64,000 nt of DNA, from positions 2,144,001 through 2,208,000 of the forward strand of contig OZ223209.1 in NCBI GenBank assembly GCA_965140415.1, written 5' to 3'. Below are positions 10,565-19,000 of the stretch, in pieces. The DNA comes from Myxococcota bacterium. Its GTDB lineage: Bacteria > Myxococcota_A > SURF-8. Position 1 is the first letter of the stretch. Each line of letters starts with the position of its first letter. The position numbers were made by a program, and so were the translations under genes. The notes below the pieces were generated by a model. It made no database searches. It saw only the letters and a list, made by a program, of their open reading frames with translations, and was not told the DNA's origin.

Positions 10565-10645
10565 AATCTTAACCCATGAGGTGAAGTATTCCAAGATTGT
10601 TTTGATTCCTCAGGACGCCCTGGCTGGTTGTTTCACGGCAGATGA
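10565..10645. repeat. Degenerate 81-bp direct repeat, copy 2; possible Sel1-like pseudogene fragment
   Basis: The minus strand reads ICRETTSQGVLRNQNNLGILHLMG-stop. Confidence 0.7.
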
Positions 10646-10893
10646 CACCCAACCCTCAGAAGCTTGTTAACGCGGCTCAGAGGCGAAGTTTGACAGCCTG
10701 GGGGTTATTTCTGATCTGGGTGACATCTGATTAGAGGGAAACCCATAGCAATTCAGCCTGTTAAAGTTTCATCTTGACCACAGCCTACTCAGGCCGGATA
10801 ATCCTCCCATCAAACTCACGGTTCTTTGAATCATTGTCCACATACTTTTTGGTGTTGTGCCTAAATATTTTCTCTCACAAGGTTCCCATTTTC

Positions 10894-10915
10894 CGTGGCA
10901 GATTCGTGGCAGGTT
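10894..10915 (+). repeat. Tandem 11-bp CGTGGCAG(A/G)TT repeats, putative integrase arm-type sites
   Basis: CGTGGCAGATT-CGTGGCAGGTT; the same motif recurs at 12416-12436. Confidence 0.5.
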
Positions 10916-11050
10916 TGCTGGAATTTAGATGATTTTAGACAAATTATTCCTATCACGAATCGACGACCAATTCTTGTAATTCTTATGTAATTACAAACAT
11001 CTAGCCGAAATTTCGGTCACATGTTAATTGTGCTAAAATATAGTCGATAA

Positions 11051-11108
11051 AGGTTCAGGGTCTAGTATTCGCAAGGATGTGGGGGTTCGAGTCCCCCCTT
11101 CGGCACCA
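11051..11108 (+). tRNA. 3' fragment of tRNA-Leu(CAG), att-type duplication, not a complete gene
   Basis: AGG-TTCAGGG-TCTAG anticodon arm, long variable arm, T-arm GGGGG-TTCGAGT-CCCCC, acceptor 3' strand CTTCGGC-A-CCA; no D-arm or 5' acceptor strand at the correct spacing. Confidence 0.85.
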
Positions 11109-11145
11109 TATAAAATCAGGCACTTACGTTAATTCGTAGGTGCCT
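11095..11145 (+). mobile_element. 51-bp att-like direct repeat, copy 1 (tRNA 3' end plus terminator)
   Basis: CCCCTTCGGCACCATATAAAATCAGGCACTTACGTTAATTCGTAGGTGCCT is identical to 12343-12393. Confidence 0.9.
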
Positions 11146-11150
11146 TTTTT
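11118..11150 (+). terminator. Intrinsic terminator after the tRNA 3' end
   Basis: AGGCACTTACG-TTAATT-CGTAGGTGCCT stem followed by a T-run. Confidence 0.8.
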
Positions 11151-11352
11151 GTGGGTGATCTTTAGGAGCGGGGCTGAAACGGGGTTGGAAAGTGGGTCTA
11201 AGATTAAAGACATCAATCAAAGATAATACCGCCTGCTAAACAACCCCCTACTTTCTTCAGGTTAATTACTTGAATTAATTTTCATAATGGCTATTGTAGA
11301 CGCACGAAACATCAGGAATTGATACTCATCGAGTAGTTGAGGAGGAAAACCC

Positions 11353-12312
11353 ATGGCCCGTAGCTTTATGTTATTATTGATGTTTGCAGTCCTTTCTTTA
11401 AGTTTTGTTGCTGGTTGTGACAGTAGCGATGATACCGACGGAGACACCACCGACGGAGACACCATCGACGGAGACTCCATTGACGGAGACTCCATTGACG
11501 GAGACACCATCGACGGAGACTCCATTGACGGAGACTCCATTGACGGAGACACCACTGACGGAGATACCATCGACGGAGACTCCACTGACGGAGATACCAT
11601 TGACGGAGACTCCATTGACGGAGACACCACTGACGGAGACACCATCGACGGAGACACCATTGACGGAGACTCCATTGACGGAGACACCACTGACGGAGAT
11701 ACCATCGACGGAGACTCCATTGACGGAGACACCACTGACGGAGATACCATCGACGGAGACTCCATTGATGGAGACTCCATTGACGGAGACACTCCCGATG
11801 GTGATGTAGATGGAGATGCTGCCGATGGCGATGTAGATGGGGAAGACGAAAATGAAGCAGACGTTGTCGTAGCTCCTGGTGAAAACTGCACAAACCCGAT
11901 CGTAATTGACGCGATTCCATACAATAACGCATCGAATGCAATCGTGAACTTTGTCAATGATATTGATTTCGCCAACAACGGCGAATCATGCACGGGTTAC
12001 TCCAATATCGGTTGGGACAAAGTGTTTTCCTATACCGCCACTTCAAATATTAACCTGACTGTTTCAATGACTTCCTACGGCTGGGACGGTGCTTTGTATA
12101 TGCTCAATACTTGTGTAGATGGAACTCAGGCCCAAGCAAACTGCCTATACGGAAGTGACAGCCATGGTGCAGACGTTGCAGAATGGATTGATTTCTCTGC
12201 TACGTCAGGAACTACGTACTATTTCGTAGTTGACATTGCCGCAGCAGAATACGCTCCTAGCGATCAAGGTTCTTTCCGTATGCAACTTCATGAAAATGCT
12301 GGCGGCAAGTAA
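11353..12312 (+). CDS. Lipoprotein with 24 DGD(T/S)x pentapeptide repeats and a C-terminal beta-sandwich (PPC-like) domain
   Basis: RBS GAGGAGG; lipobox VAGC; C-terminus ...DGALYMLNTC...SGTTYYFVVD. Confidence 0.85.
   Translation: MARSFMLLLMFAVLSLSFVAGCDSSDDTDGDTTDGDTIDGDSIDGDSIDGDTIDGDSIDGDSIDGDTTDGDTIDGDSTDGDTIDGDSIDGDTTDGDTIDGDTIDGDSIDGDTTDGDTIDGDSIDGDTTDGDTIDGDSIDGDSIDGDTPDGDVDGDAADGDVDGEDENEADVVVAPGENCTNPIVIDAIPYNNASNAIVNFVNDIDFANNGESCTGYSNIGWDKVFSYTATSNINLTVSMTSYGWDGALYMLNTCVDGTQAQANCLYGSDSHGADVAEWIDFSATSGTTYYFVVDIAAAEYAPSDQGSFRMQLHENAGGK
11437..11796 (+). repeat. 15-bp in-frame tandem repeat, 24 copies (GACGGAGAC-WCC-AYY)
   Basis: Counted directly from the DNA and the translation. Confidence 0.95.
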
Positions 12313-12342
12313 AATGTTCCTTTAAGCAGACCCGGAGCGATT

Positions 12343-12393
12343 CCCCTTCGGCACCATATAAAATCAGGCACTTACGTTAATTCGTAGGTGCCT
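12343..12393 (+). mobile_element. 51-bp att-like direct repeat, copy 2
   Basis: Identical to 11095-11145. Confidence 0.9.
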
Positions 12394-12513
12394 GTTTTGC
12401 GTTTGGGAACATCCCTGTGGCAATCCGTGGCAGATTTTAAGGTTCAGTTGTCCCGGCCAGATTGATGGGCAATGCGATTGCCCATTCTATGATGCTATAG
12501 GCACTATTATTCA

Positions 12514-12639
12514 ATTCTGTCCATCGAGTAATTAGGATGTGCCATGGTCTCACGGAATGGAAATTCCGGGAGGCCGTGTGTAACCTAATGAAAACACACA
12601 GCCTTCCACGATCTTCGATCGCTTAAGACTATGGCACAA
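12514..12639. repeat. REP/MITE-like dispersed palindromic element, family A (inverted copy at 45005-45130)
   Basis: Core TGTGCCATGG...CTATGGCACA with terminal inverted repeats; a close reverse-complement copy lies at about 45 kb. Confidence 0.85.
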
Positions 12640-12694
12640 CTTCTTGGAATCGGTGGCGAAAAATATCTAATACCTGATGTACTGTCAGTGAAAA

Positions 12695-13483
12695 TTATTG
12701 TCCGTCGCGCATGCACCTTACATAGTAAGGTTCAGTCTTGCCATACTCTCCCATGCTGCCGTTTCTGAAGGCCACAGCCCATGCTCGGTAGTCCAGGTTA
12801 GTTCTGGACGAAGACCAGAACCAGGAGCATGTTCCACCGATTTCTTCCGGCCAGTAACAGTCATCGGAAGGCCCGCCGTTTACAACGCATCCGCTACAGT
12901 CTTCACTCCAGCAAGTATTTACAACACAAATATCGCCAGAATCGACATTGCAAGCCGAGCATTCATCTTGTACGCCACATAATCCATCGGTTTCAGTTTC
13001 TGTGCATCCTCGAATTATCGTGCGAAGTTCACTAATGTTTGGCAGCCTCCAGTCCTCATGGCCATCAAGAGACAGATCCGCACAGTGTGCCTCGGCCTCC
13101 TCCAAACCCATTTCACCACCCGTAGGAAGCCATTGCCATGTGAACCCTGTGGATGTGTCAGTCCATGTTAAAGGAACCGTGTCAGAATCCCGCTCGACAT
13201 ATTCCAGATCTCCGTCGACAACTTCAGTGGTATCACCATCAACTGTTTCGATGTCTCCGTCGACAACTTCAGTGGTATCACCATCAACTGTTTCGATGTC
13301 TCCGTCGACAACTTCAGTGGTATCACCATCAACTGTTTCGATGTCTCCGTCGACAACTTCTGTGGTATCACCATCCGTACTGGTGTCTCCATCGGTGTCG
13401 TTACTACCATCATCACAGGCAGAAATCGCTAGTATCAGAGTCAGAACAAAAATGATCATAAGGAAAAGACGCAGGGGTTTCAT
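12695..13483 (-). CDS. DUF1566 (Lcl/C-type lectin-like) lipoprotein with DGD-repeat linker
   Basis: RBS GGAGG; lipobox ISAC; DTSTGFTWQ, DWRLPNISEL, FWSSS and YVRCMR motifs. Confidence 0.88.
   Translation of the reverse strand: MKPLRLFLMIIFVLTLILAISACDDGSNDTDGDTSTDGDTTEVVDGDIETVDGDTTEVVDGDIETVDGDTTEVVDGDIETVDGDTTEVVDGDLEYVERDSDTVPLTWTDTSTGFTWQWLPTGGEMGLEEAEAHCADLSLDGHEDWRLPNISELRTIIRGCTETETDGLCGVQDECSACNVDSGDICVVNTCWSEDCSGCVVNGGPSDDCYWPEEIGGTCSWFWSSSRTNLDYRAWAVAFRNGSMGEYGKTEPYYVRCMRDGQ
13209..13375. repeat. 45-bp in-frame tandem repeat, about 3.7 copies (DGDTTEVVDGDIETV)
   Basis: Units start at 13209, 13254, 13299 and 13344. Confidence 0.9.
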
Positions 13484-13570
13484 GATGTCCTCCAAAGAAC
13501 AGAATGTGCATTGATCGTTCTAGTGGGGATACAACTACCACGGCGGAGGTGGTTCTCCTAGAAAGTTCTG

Positions 13571-13953
13571 TCACCCACAAAACTGAAGTGCCAACAACGC
13601 CAGTTCCCGCACAGACGGGTCGTCATGATCAACGAGCTTTTGAGCAAGATCGGTAGCCTTTGGAACGAGTGGGTGATGTAAGGGTTGCACCTGAGTTCGT
13701 GCATGAACCACAGCTTTTAGATCAGCATAGACATCGATGGTCATCTGGATGGATGAATGACCGAGGGCGGCGGATGCAAAAGCCATCCCATGATTGATTA
13801 CCCAGTGGGTGCCGCAAATATGCCTGAGATCATGCAAACCAATTACTGGTAATTCTTCTCGTTTGCAGGTTCTTTTTATAGCCTGATGGATGTTCCTTTG
13901 GAATGCTGGATAGATGAATTCAGTAGGATCATTGCGTATATATTTTGTCGAGC
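13571..13953 (-). pseudogene. Tyrosine recombinase/integrase, C-terminal remnant
   Basis: HDLRH, LGHSS and catalytic Tyr in MTIDVY; the frame extends upstream (…HQAIKRTCKREELPVIGL) only to a TAG near 13955; the N-terminus and first catalytic Arg are missing. Confidence 0.85.
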
Positions 13954-14024
13954 GCTACAACCAACCAGGCACAGATCGTTCTCCGAAAATCGTACAGTTT
14001 TCGAAGGTATTTAACATGTTGGAC

Positions 14025-15878
14025 TTACAAGAACTTAATAGCCATATGGTCGGCGTGTTTTTCCCTGGCGCAGTCGGGACAAAGCAGGCGGGCCAGTTCA
14101 CGCTTGCGCTCGGCATCAACGACGCGTTTGATGTATTCCATCATGCGTTTAGTAGTGAACAACTTCCCACAACTGGAGCATTGCAGCAGTTCCAGCTTGG
14201 CCAGTGTCGCACCGCACTTGACGAGTTTGCGTGTATGGCCTTCGTCGACAATCTGTATTGCTCCAGTCGGACAGACGTTGGCACAGCTTCCGCAACCGAT
14301 GCAGCGATCCTGCGGGCGCAGCATGTCGGCGATGACTACCCGGTCGCCTCCTGCATCAACGAAACGCAAAGCGTCAACTTCGACTTTACTGCGACAGATA
14401 CGGGCGCACTCACCGCAACCGATGCACAGATCGCAGCGCAGGCAGCGACGAGCTTCATCGCGTGCGCGGTCTTCGTCCCATTCGCCTTCGATCTGCTCGA
14501 AACTTAGAATCCGTTCTTCAACCGGTAACAGCGGAATGGGAGTCGGTGGGATACGGACCTTGTCTTTGGCTTCCAATTTTACGGTTTCCACCTTTAGCCG
14601 AGGAGAAATGCGAGGTGGGCGGTCAGGAAGAGGTAAACTGCGAATGAAGCGGTCGATGGAAGTTGCCGCCCGTTTGCCAGCCGCGACAGCTTCGATTACC
14701 GTCGCCGGTCCGGTAACGGCGTCGCCACCGGCAAAAACATCCGGGATAGAGGTCTGTTGGTTGTAACGATTGATCACGGGATTACCCCATTTAGTCAATT
14801 CCATGATCTCCCCGGTATCGAGCCAGTCCATATCAGGGCCTTGTCCGATGGCGACAATCACACCATTCGTTTCGATGGTGAATTCCGAACCTTGCTTCGG
14901 AACCGGGCGTTGACGGCCTGATTGATCAGCCGCTCCCAATTCCGCTTTAAGACATTCGATCCCGGTTACGTTCACTCCGTCGCCAACCACTCGTGTTGGA
15001 ATGGTCAGGTAATGGATGTGAATGCCTTCTTCTTCGGCCTGCTCGATTTCCTCTTCGAGGGCGGGCATTTCCAGCCGTGTGCGGCGATAGAGCAGGTGGA
15101 CGTCCGTGCTGCCGAGCCGGATGGATGTGCGTGCAGCGTCGAATGCGCTGTTACCGCCACCTACAACGACGACTCGCTGGCCAAGTCGTTCGCGGTGGCC
15201 AATCTGCTGGCTTTTCAGAAATTCGGTGGCACTGACGACCTGCGAGTAGTCGCTTTCGCCATCCATGCGCATAACATTCGAACGGTGGGCGCCGGTTGCG
15301 ATGAAGATGGCTTGATATCCATCTTCCCGGAGGCTTTTCAATGTCACATCTCCACCGACAGGCGTATTGAGGCGGATTTTAACTCCATAGCTTTCAATGG
15401 TCCGGATTTCTTTTCGTAACACCTCGCGCGGCAGGCGGTAAGCTGGAATGCCAACGGCCATCATCCCTCCCGCCACCGGAAGCGCCTCGAACACCGTCAC
15501 GCTGTAATCCATCTGTGCCAGATAGCAAGCAGCTGTCAGACCAGCGGGACCGGAACCGATGATGGCCACTTTTCCCGTATGGCGTACCGGTGGATGGTAG
15601 ACCACTTCGCTTTCCATTTTCTCCACAGTCGAAGCAGCGAAGCCTTTCAATGCGCGAATCGAGATCGGCGCGTCCTGATATCCCTTTACGCAGGCAGACT
15701 CGCAGGGATGCGGACACACAAGACCGCACACCCAGGGAAAGGGGTTATCTTTGCGGATCAGGTCAACGGCCTCTCGATAACGACCGTGGGCGATCAGGGC
15801 AACGTAGCTTGGAACATCGATTCCAGCCGGACAAGCGGCCTGGCAGGGTGCGGGTGTGTTCGTATCGTTCGGGTTCAT
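14025..15878 (-). CDS. GltD/SudA-like FAD- and NAD(P)-dependent oxidoreductase with N-terminal Fe-S and C-terminal 4Fe-4S dicluster domains
   Basis: CQAACP...CGLVCPHPCESAC; GSGPAG; GGGNSA; FAGGD; CLRCDLCIGCGEC and CIGCGSCANVCP. Confidence 0.9.
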   Translation of the reverse strand: MNPNDTNTPAPCQAACPAGIDVPSYVALIAHGRYREAVDLIRKDNPFPWVCGLVCPHPCESACVKGYQDAPISIRALKGFAASTVEKMESEVVYHPPVRHTGKVAIIGSGPAGLTAACYLAQMDYSVTVFEALPVAGGMMAVGIPAYRLPREVLRKEIRTIESYGVKIRLNTPVGGDVTLKSLREDGYQAIFIATGAHRSNVMRMDGESDYSQVVSATEFLKSQQIGHRERLGQRVVVVGGGNSAFDAARTSIRLGSTDVHLLYRRTRLEMPALEEEIEQAEEEGIHIHYLTIPTRVVGDGVNVTGIECLKAELGAADQSGRQRPVPKQGSEFTIETNGVIVAIGQGPDMDWLDTGEIMELTKWGNPVINRYNQQTSIPDVFAGGDAVTGPATVIEAVAAGKRAATSIDRFIRSLPLPDRPPRISPRLKVETVKLEAKDKVRIPPTPIPLLPVEERILSFEQIEGEWDEDRARDEARRCLRCDLCIGCGECARICRSKVEVDALRFVDAGGDRVVIADMLRPQDRCIGCGSCANVCPTGAIQIVDEGHTRKLVKCGATLAKLELLQCSSCGKLFTTKRMMEYIKRVVDAERKRELARLLCPDCAREKHADHMAIKFL

Positions 15879-15890
15879 TTCACATCCCCA

Positions 15891-16355
15891 TTATTTTGCT
15901 TTGTTTTCGCCTGGTTTTTCGAATGTCAGGCAGCCTGTGACACAGTTTGCAACGCAAGCCGGTTCAAGACCTTGGTCGATGCGATCCTTGCAGAGATCGC
16001 ACTTGACGACTTTATGCTGTTTTTCGTCATACTGAGGTATACCCCAGGGACAGGCATGCATGCACAGTTTACAACCGATACAGGCATCGGATTCAACATA
16101 GACGATGCCGTCTTCCGGTCGTTTCCGCATGGCTCCGGAGGGACAGGCTGAGACACACCAAGCCTTTTCACAGTGTAGACAGGTCATGAAAATGAAGGCG
16201 ATTTTCGGAATACCTTCGTCCCATGTGGGACCGTGCTGGAAGATGCGGCAAAGCCTCGGACCTTCGCATAACTTCTTGTTCGCCTTGCAATGTATTTCAC
16301 AGGAGTAACAGCCGATACAGCCTTCGACATCCTGGTGAATATGATACTTTTTCAT
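15891..16355 (-). CDS. 4Fe-4S dicluster electron-transfer subunit (PsrB/DmsB-like)
   Basis: CIGCYSCEIHC, CLHCEKAWCVSACP, CIGCKLCMHACP and KCDLC...PACVANC. Confidence 0.92.
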   Translation of the reverse strand: MKKYHIHQDVEGCIGCYSCEIHCKANKKLCEGPRLCRIFQHGPTWDEGIPKIAFIFMTCLHCEKAWCVSACPSGAMRKRPEDGIVYVESDACIGCKLCMHACPWGIPQYDEKQHKVVKCDLCKDRIDQGLEPACVANCVTGCLTFEKPGENKAK

Positions 16356-16365
16356 CTTGTATCCT

Positions 16366-18456
16366 TTATAATGCGATCTTTCGTATTCGCACAAAGGTTT
16401 CCTGGTTGGCGATGCCGCCACCAACCGGATCAAAGTCGCTTAGTTTTCCTTTGCATAGACGCTGATCCGCCATGCCGCAGGTATAGGCTCGTTTGAGAAT
16501 CGGGACCGTACGGCCAAAACCATGGTAGGTGAAGACCGCGTCCGGATGAATGGCGTCGGTCACAAGAGCTTGAATCTTAAAACGTGTCGCTCCTCCCATG
16601 CAACTTACCAGAATCTCATCTCCGGAACGAATGTCCATTTCCGCAGCTTTTTCAGTGTTTATCCACAAGGAATTGTGCGGCATGACTTCGTGCAAATACT
16701 CATTGTTTTGTGTATGTGCATGAGCATGAATGGCATGACGACCGAATATCAGACGGAACGATTGCTCCTGAAGTATCTCTGGTTCCTGGTATGGCGGTAA
16801 GGACTCGAAACAGGCATCCTCCAGTTTTTTAGAATCGAATTCGATTTTACCGCTGGGGGTTTTATACTTTATGACGTTTTGATCCTGCACAATTGCATTG
16901 TCGGCCAAGAGAACGAAACCTGTCTTTTCGAAATCTTCAATGCATATACCTGTACCTTCCAGTTGGAAGCGCCACAAATCTTCGATGGTTTCGTACGGAA
17001 AGGCATCACCATGGCCAAGTCGTCTGGCGAGTTCTCTGAAAATCCACCATTCCGGTTTGCTGTCATGGACCGCCTCGATGACTTGTTGCCGTCGTATGAG
17101 CATCGGTTTCGCGCCCTTCTTGACCGCAATCGGAGAATCTTTTTCAAGATAAACCGAATTCGGAAGAATAACATCGGAATACCAAGTGGTTTCGCCATAC
17201 TTGGCATCGATGGAAACCAGCAGATCCAGTCGATCGAGCATGGTTAATTGTGCTTCACGGTCGGGGAAACAGACCAGGGGATCGTGCCTGTAAAAAATAT
17301 AGGCTTTCAAGGGATATGGCTGCCCGGTCATGATTGGGTTCTGGAAAAGCTGGAACAGACCTGGACCCGAATCGAAATGTTTGTATTTCCAACCGACACC
17401 GTCGGCGCGCTTATCAGCAGGGGAGGGCAAAGCATCGGCCAGGCTATTTAGTCCAGGGTATCCTGTATCCCCCATACCCTTGTTCAGGATCTGTCCGCCC
17501 TCAACCTCGATATTGCCCATCAGAACGTTCAGGATATGCAAGGCGCGACTGATGTAGAAGCTGTTGCGGTAGCGAGAAAACATCCAGCCTGGATGAAAAA
17601 TCACCCGCGGTCTTTGTCCGGCGATTTCACGGACGAACTCCCGAATCGATTCTGCTGGAACGCCGGTTTGTTTTTCAGCCCACTCCGCAGTGTAATTCTG
17701 TGTTGACTTCTCCAGAAAGGTTATTCCATCCGTGTATGCTTCGATGAACTCCGCGTCATAGGCTTTCTGCTCTATGATTTCCCGAATGATTGCCAATAGC
17801 AGGGCATAGTCGGTACCGGGGCGAACCATCCAGAAACGCGAAGCCTTGCTGGCGGTCACTGTCGCGCGAACGTCGATGTAGGTTAGCTTCATACCGTTTT
17901 TTATGGCATTCATCACCGTTCGTGCTTCACCTACCTGCAAAGATTCAAGCAGATTACGGCCCAGCAATACCAGGTGTTTGGCGTTCTTGATGTCGTATCC
18001 GAAACCCTTGCGGCCAAGTCCGTACACGGACTGGCTGGCATGATGGACGTTGATCCCGCAGGCCGCATCGTGGTTGGTGTAGTTGGGAGAACCCAACGCC
18101 TTCATGAAGGCTTTTGGTAAATCCTGAAAAGGGCCGCCCCGGCAACTGAAGAGGAGTGAGCGGCCGCCGTACTGCTCAATGATCTTTTGGAGTTTCTCAG
18201 CGGTGTAATCCAGGGCTTCGTCCCAGCCAACCCGTTTCCATTGACCGCTTCCGCGCTTTCCTTGACGGATCATCGGACCCTGCGGGCGTTCTTCCCGGTA
18301 GGTCATATTCGGACCGGCTGAACCTTTTCCACATAAGGCGCCCTTCAGAATATGGGGATTGCCCTCAACCCAGACAACGCGGCCATCCTCCACCTCGGCG
18401 CGGATCGGACAACGTACCGAACACATGCCACATAGCGTGTATATCGATTTTTTCAT
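16366..18456 (-). CDS. Molybdopterin (bis-MGD) oxidoreductase catalytic subunit, PsrA/PhsA-like, no Tat signal
   Basis: N-terminal CGMCSVRC...CGKG FS0 motif directly after the start; NHDAAC candidate Cys ligand; RPGTD, SDVILP and a C-terminal molydopterin dinucleotide-binding domain. Confidence 0.9.
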   Translation of the reverse strand: MKKSIYTLCGMCSVRCPIRAEVEDGRVVWVEGNPHILKGALCGKGSAGPNMTYREERPQGPMIRQGKRGSGQWKRVGWDEALDYTAEKLQKIIEQYGGRSLLFSCRGGPFQDLPKAFMKALGSPNYTNHDAACGINVHHASQSVYGLGRKGFGYDIKNAKHLVLLGRNLLESLQVGEARTVMNAIKNGMKLTYIDVRATVTASKASRFWMVRPGTDYALLLAIIREIIEQKAYDAEFIEAYTDGITFLEKSTQNYTAEWAEKQTGVPAESIREFVREIAGQRPRVIFHPGWMFSRYRNSFYISRALHILNVLMGNIEVEGGQILNKGMGDTGYPGLNSLADALPSPADKRADGVGWKYKHFDSGPGLFQLFQNPIMTGQPYPLKAYIFYRHDPLVCFPDREAQLTMLDRLDLLVSIDAKYGETTWYSDVILPNSVYLEKDSPIAVKKGAKPMLIRRQQVIEAVHDSKPEWWIFRELARRLGHGDAFPYETIEDLWRFQLEGTGICIEDFEKTGFVLLADNAIVQDQNVIKYKTPSGKIEFDSKKLEDACFESLPPYQEPEILQEQSFRLIFGRHAIHAHAHTQNNEYLHEVMPHNSLWINTEKAAEMDIRSGDEILVSCMGGATRFKIQALVTDAIHPDAVFTYHGFGRTVPILKRAYTCGMADQRLCKGKLSDFDPVGGGIANQETFVRIRKIAL

Positions 18457-18467
18457 CACTAACCTCT

Positions 18468-18977
18468 TCAGATTCGGCATTGCGTACGGCCGTATCCGCT
18501 TTTACCTAGTGACTTAATCGCGTTGGCGTACACGATGTAAAGTGCAATGTAGGTAATCACAAGCGGAGCAACATTACTCAATCCATTTTCGAAACCTGTC
18601 AACGGTAGCCGGATTCCGGTGAAGCGTGAATCGATCCAACCGGCGGCAAAAAACACGGGCCACAGGCTGGCGGCGCTGATGGAAATGCCCATGAAAAAAG
18701 CTTTTCCGAATGCCTCGTTAGCCAGTCCGTTGACGCCGGAACGATCATGGCGTGCTTCACCGTTTTTAAGCATGCCCAGGTATGTGTTTTCGAATTTCCG
18801 TGCATCCTGTACATGCTGATTTAGAAAAGCCCCGTTGGCATACATGGCGATTTTCACTGTTGACTGGCCCAGCAACAGGCTGACCAGCGCCAGGATGGCC
18901 GAGCCCAGCCAGAAAGCGGTGACAGGCTCGGCCAGCAGGCGAAACGGAAGGATAGCGATCGAATCCAGCGATGACAT
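18468..18977 (-). CDS. Small membrane protein of unknown function
   Basis: Three hydrophobic segments; lies in the operon between TauE and the Mo subunit. Confidence 0.7.
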   Translation of the reverse strand: MSSLDSIAILPFRLLAEPVTAFWLGSAILALVSLLLGQSTVKIAMYANGAFLNQHVQDARKFENTYLGMLKNGEARHDRSGVNGLANEAFGKAFFMGISISAASLWPVFFAAGWIDSRFTGIRLPLTGFENGLSNVAPLVITYIALYIVYANAIKSLGKSGYGRTQCRI

Positions 18978-19000
18978 GATCGACACTCTCCAGTTATGAA

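Noticed and set aside
11004-11108. Complete tRNA-Leu using GCCGAAA at 11004 as the 5' acceptor strand
   Set aside because: Too far from the anticodon arm, no D-arm with conserved GG, and a mismatch in the acceptor stem; only the 3' part is tRNA-like
11262-11993. Alternative-frame repeat ORFs (SPSMV, WCLRQ, TETPL) and a possible CRISPR-like array
   Set aside because: By-products of a stop-free 15-bp tandem repeat; there are no unique spacers, and only the DGD frame has an RBS, signal peptide and folded domain
12695-12830. Diversity-generating retroelement variable region
   Set aside because: No template repeat or intact reverse transcriptase in the window; the only RT-related sequence is a group II intron relic
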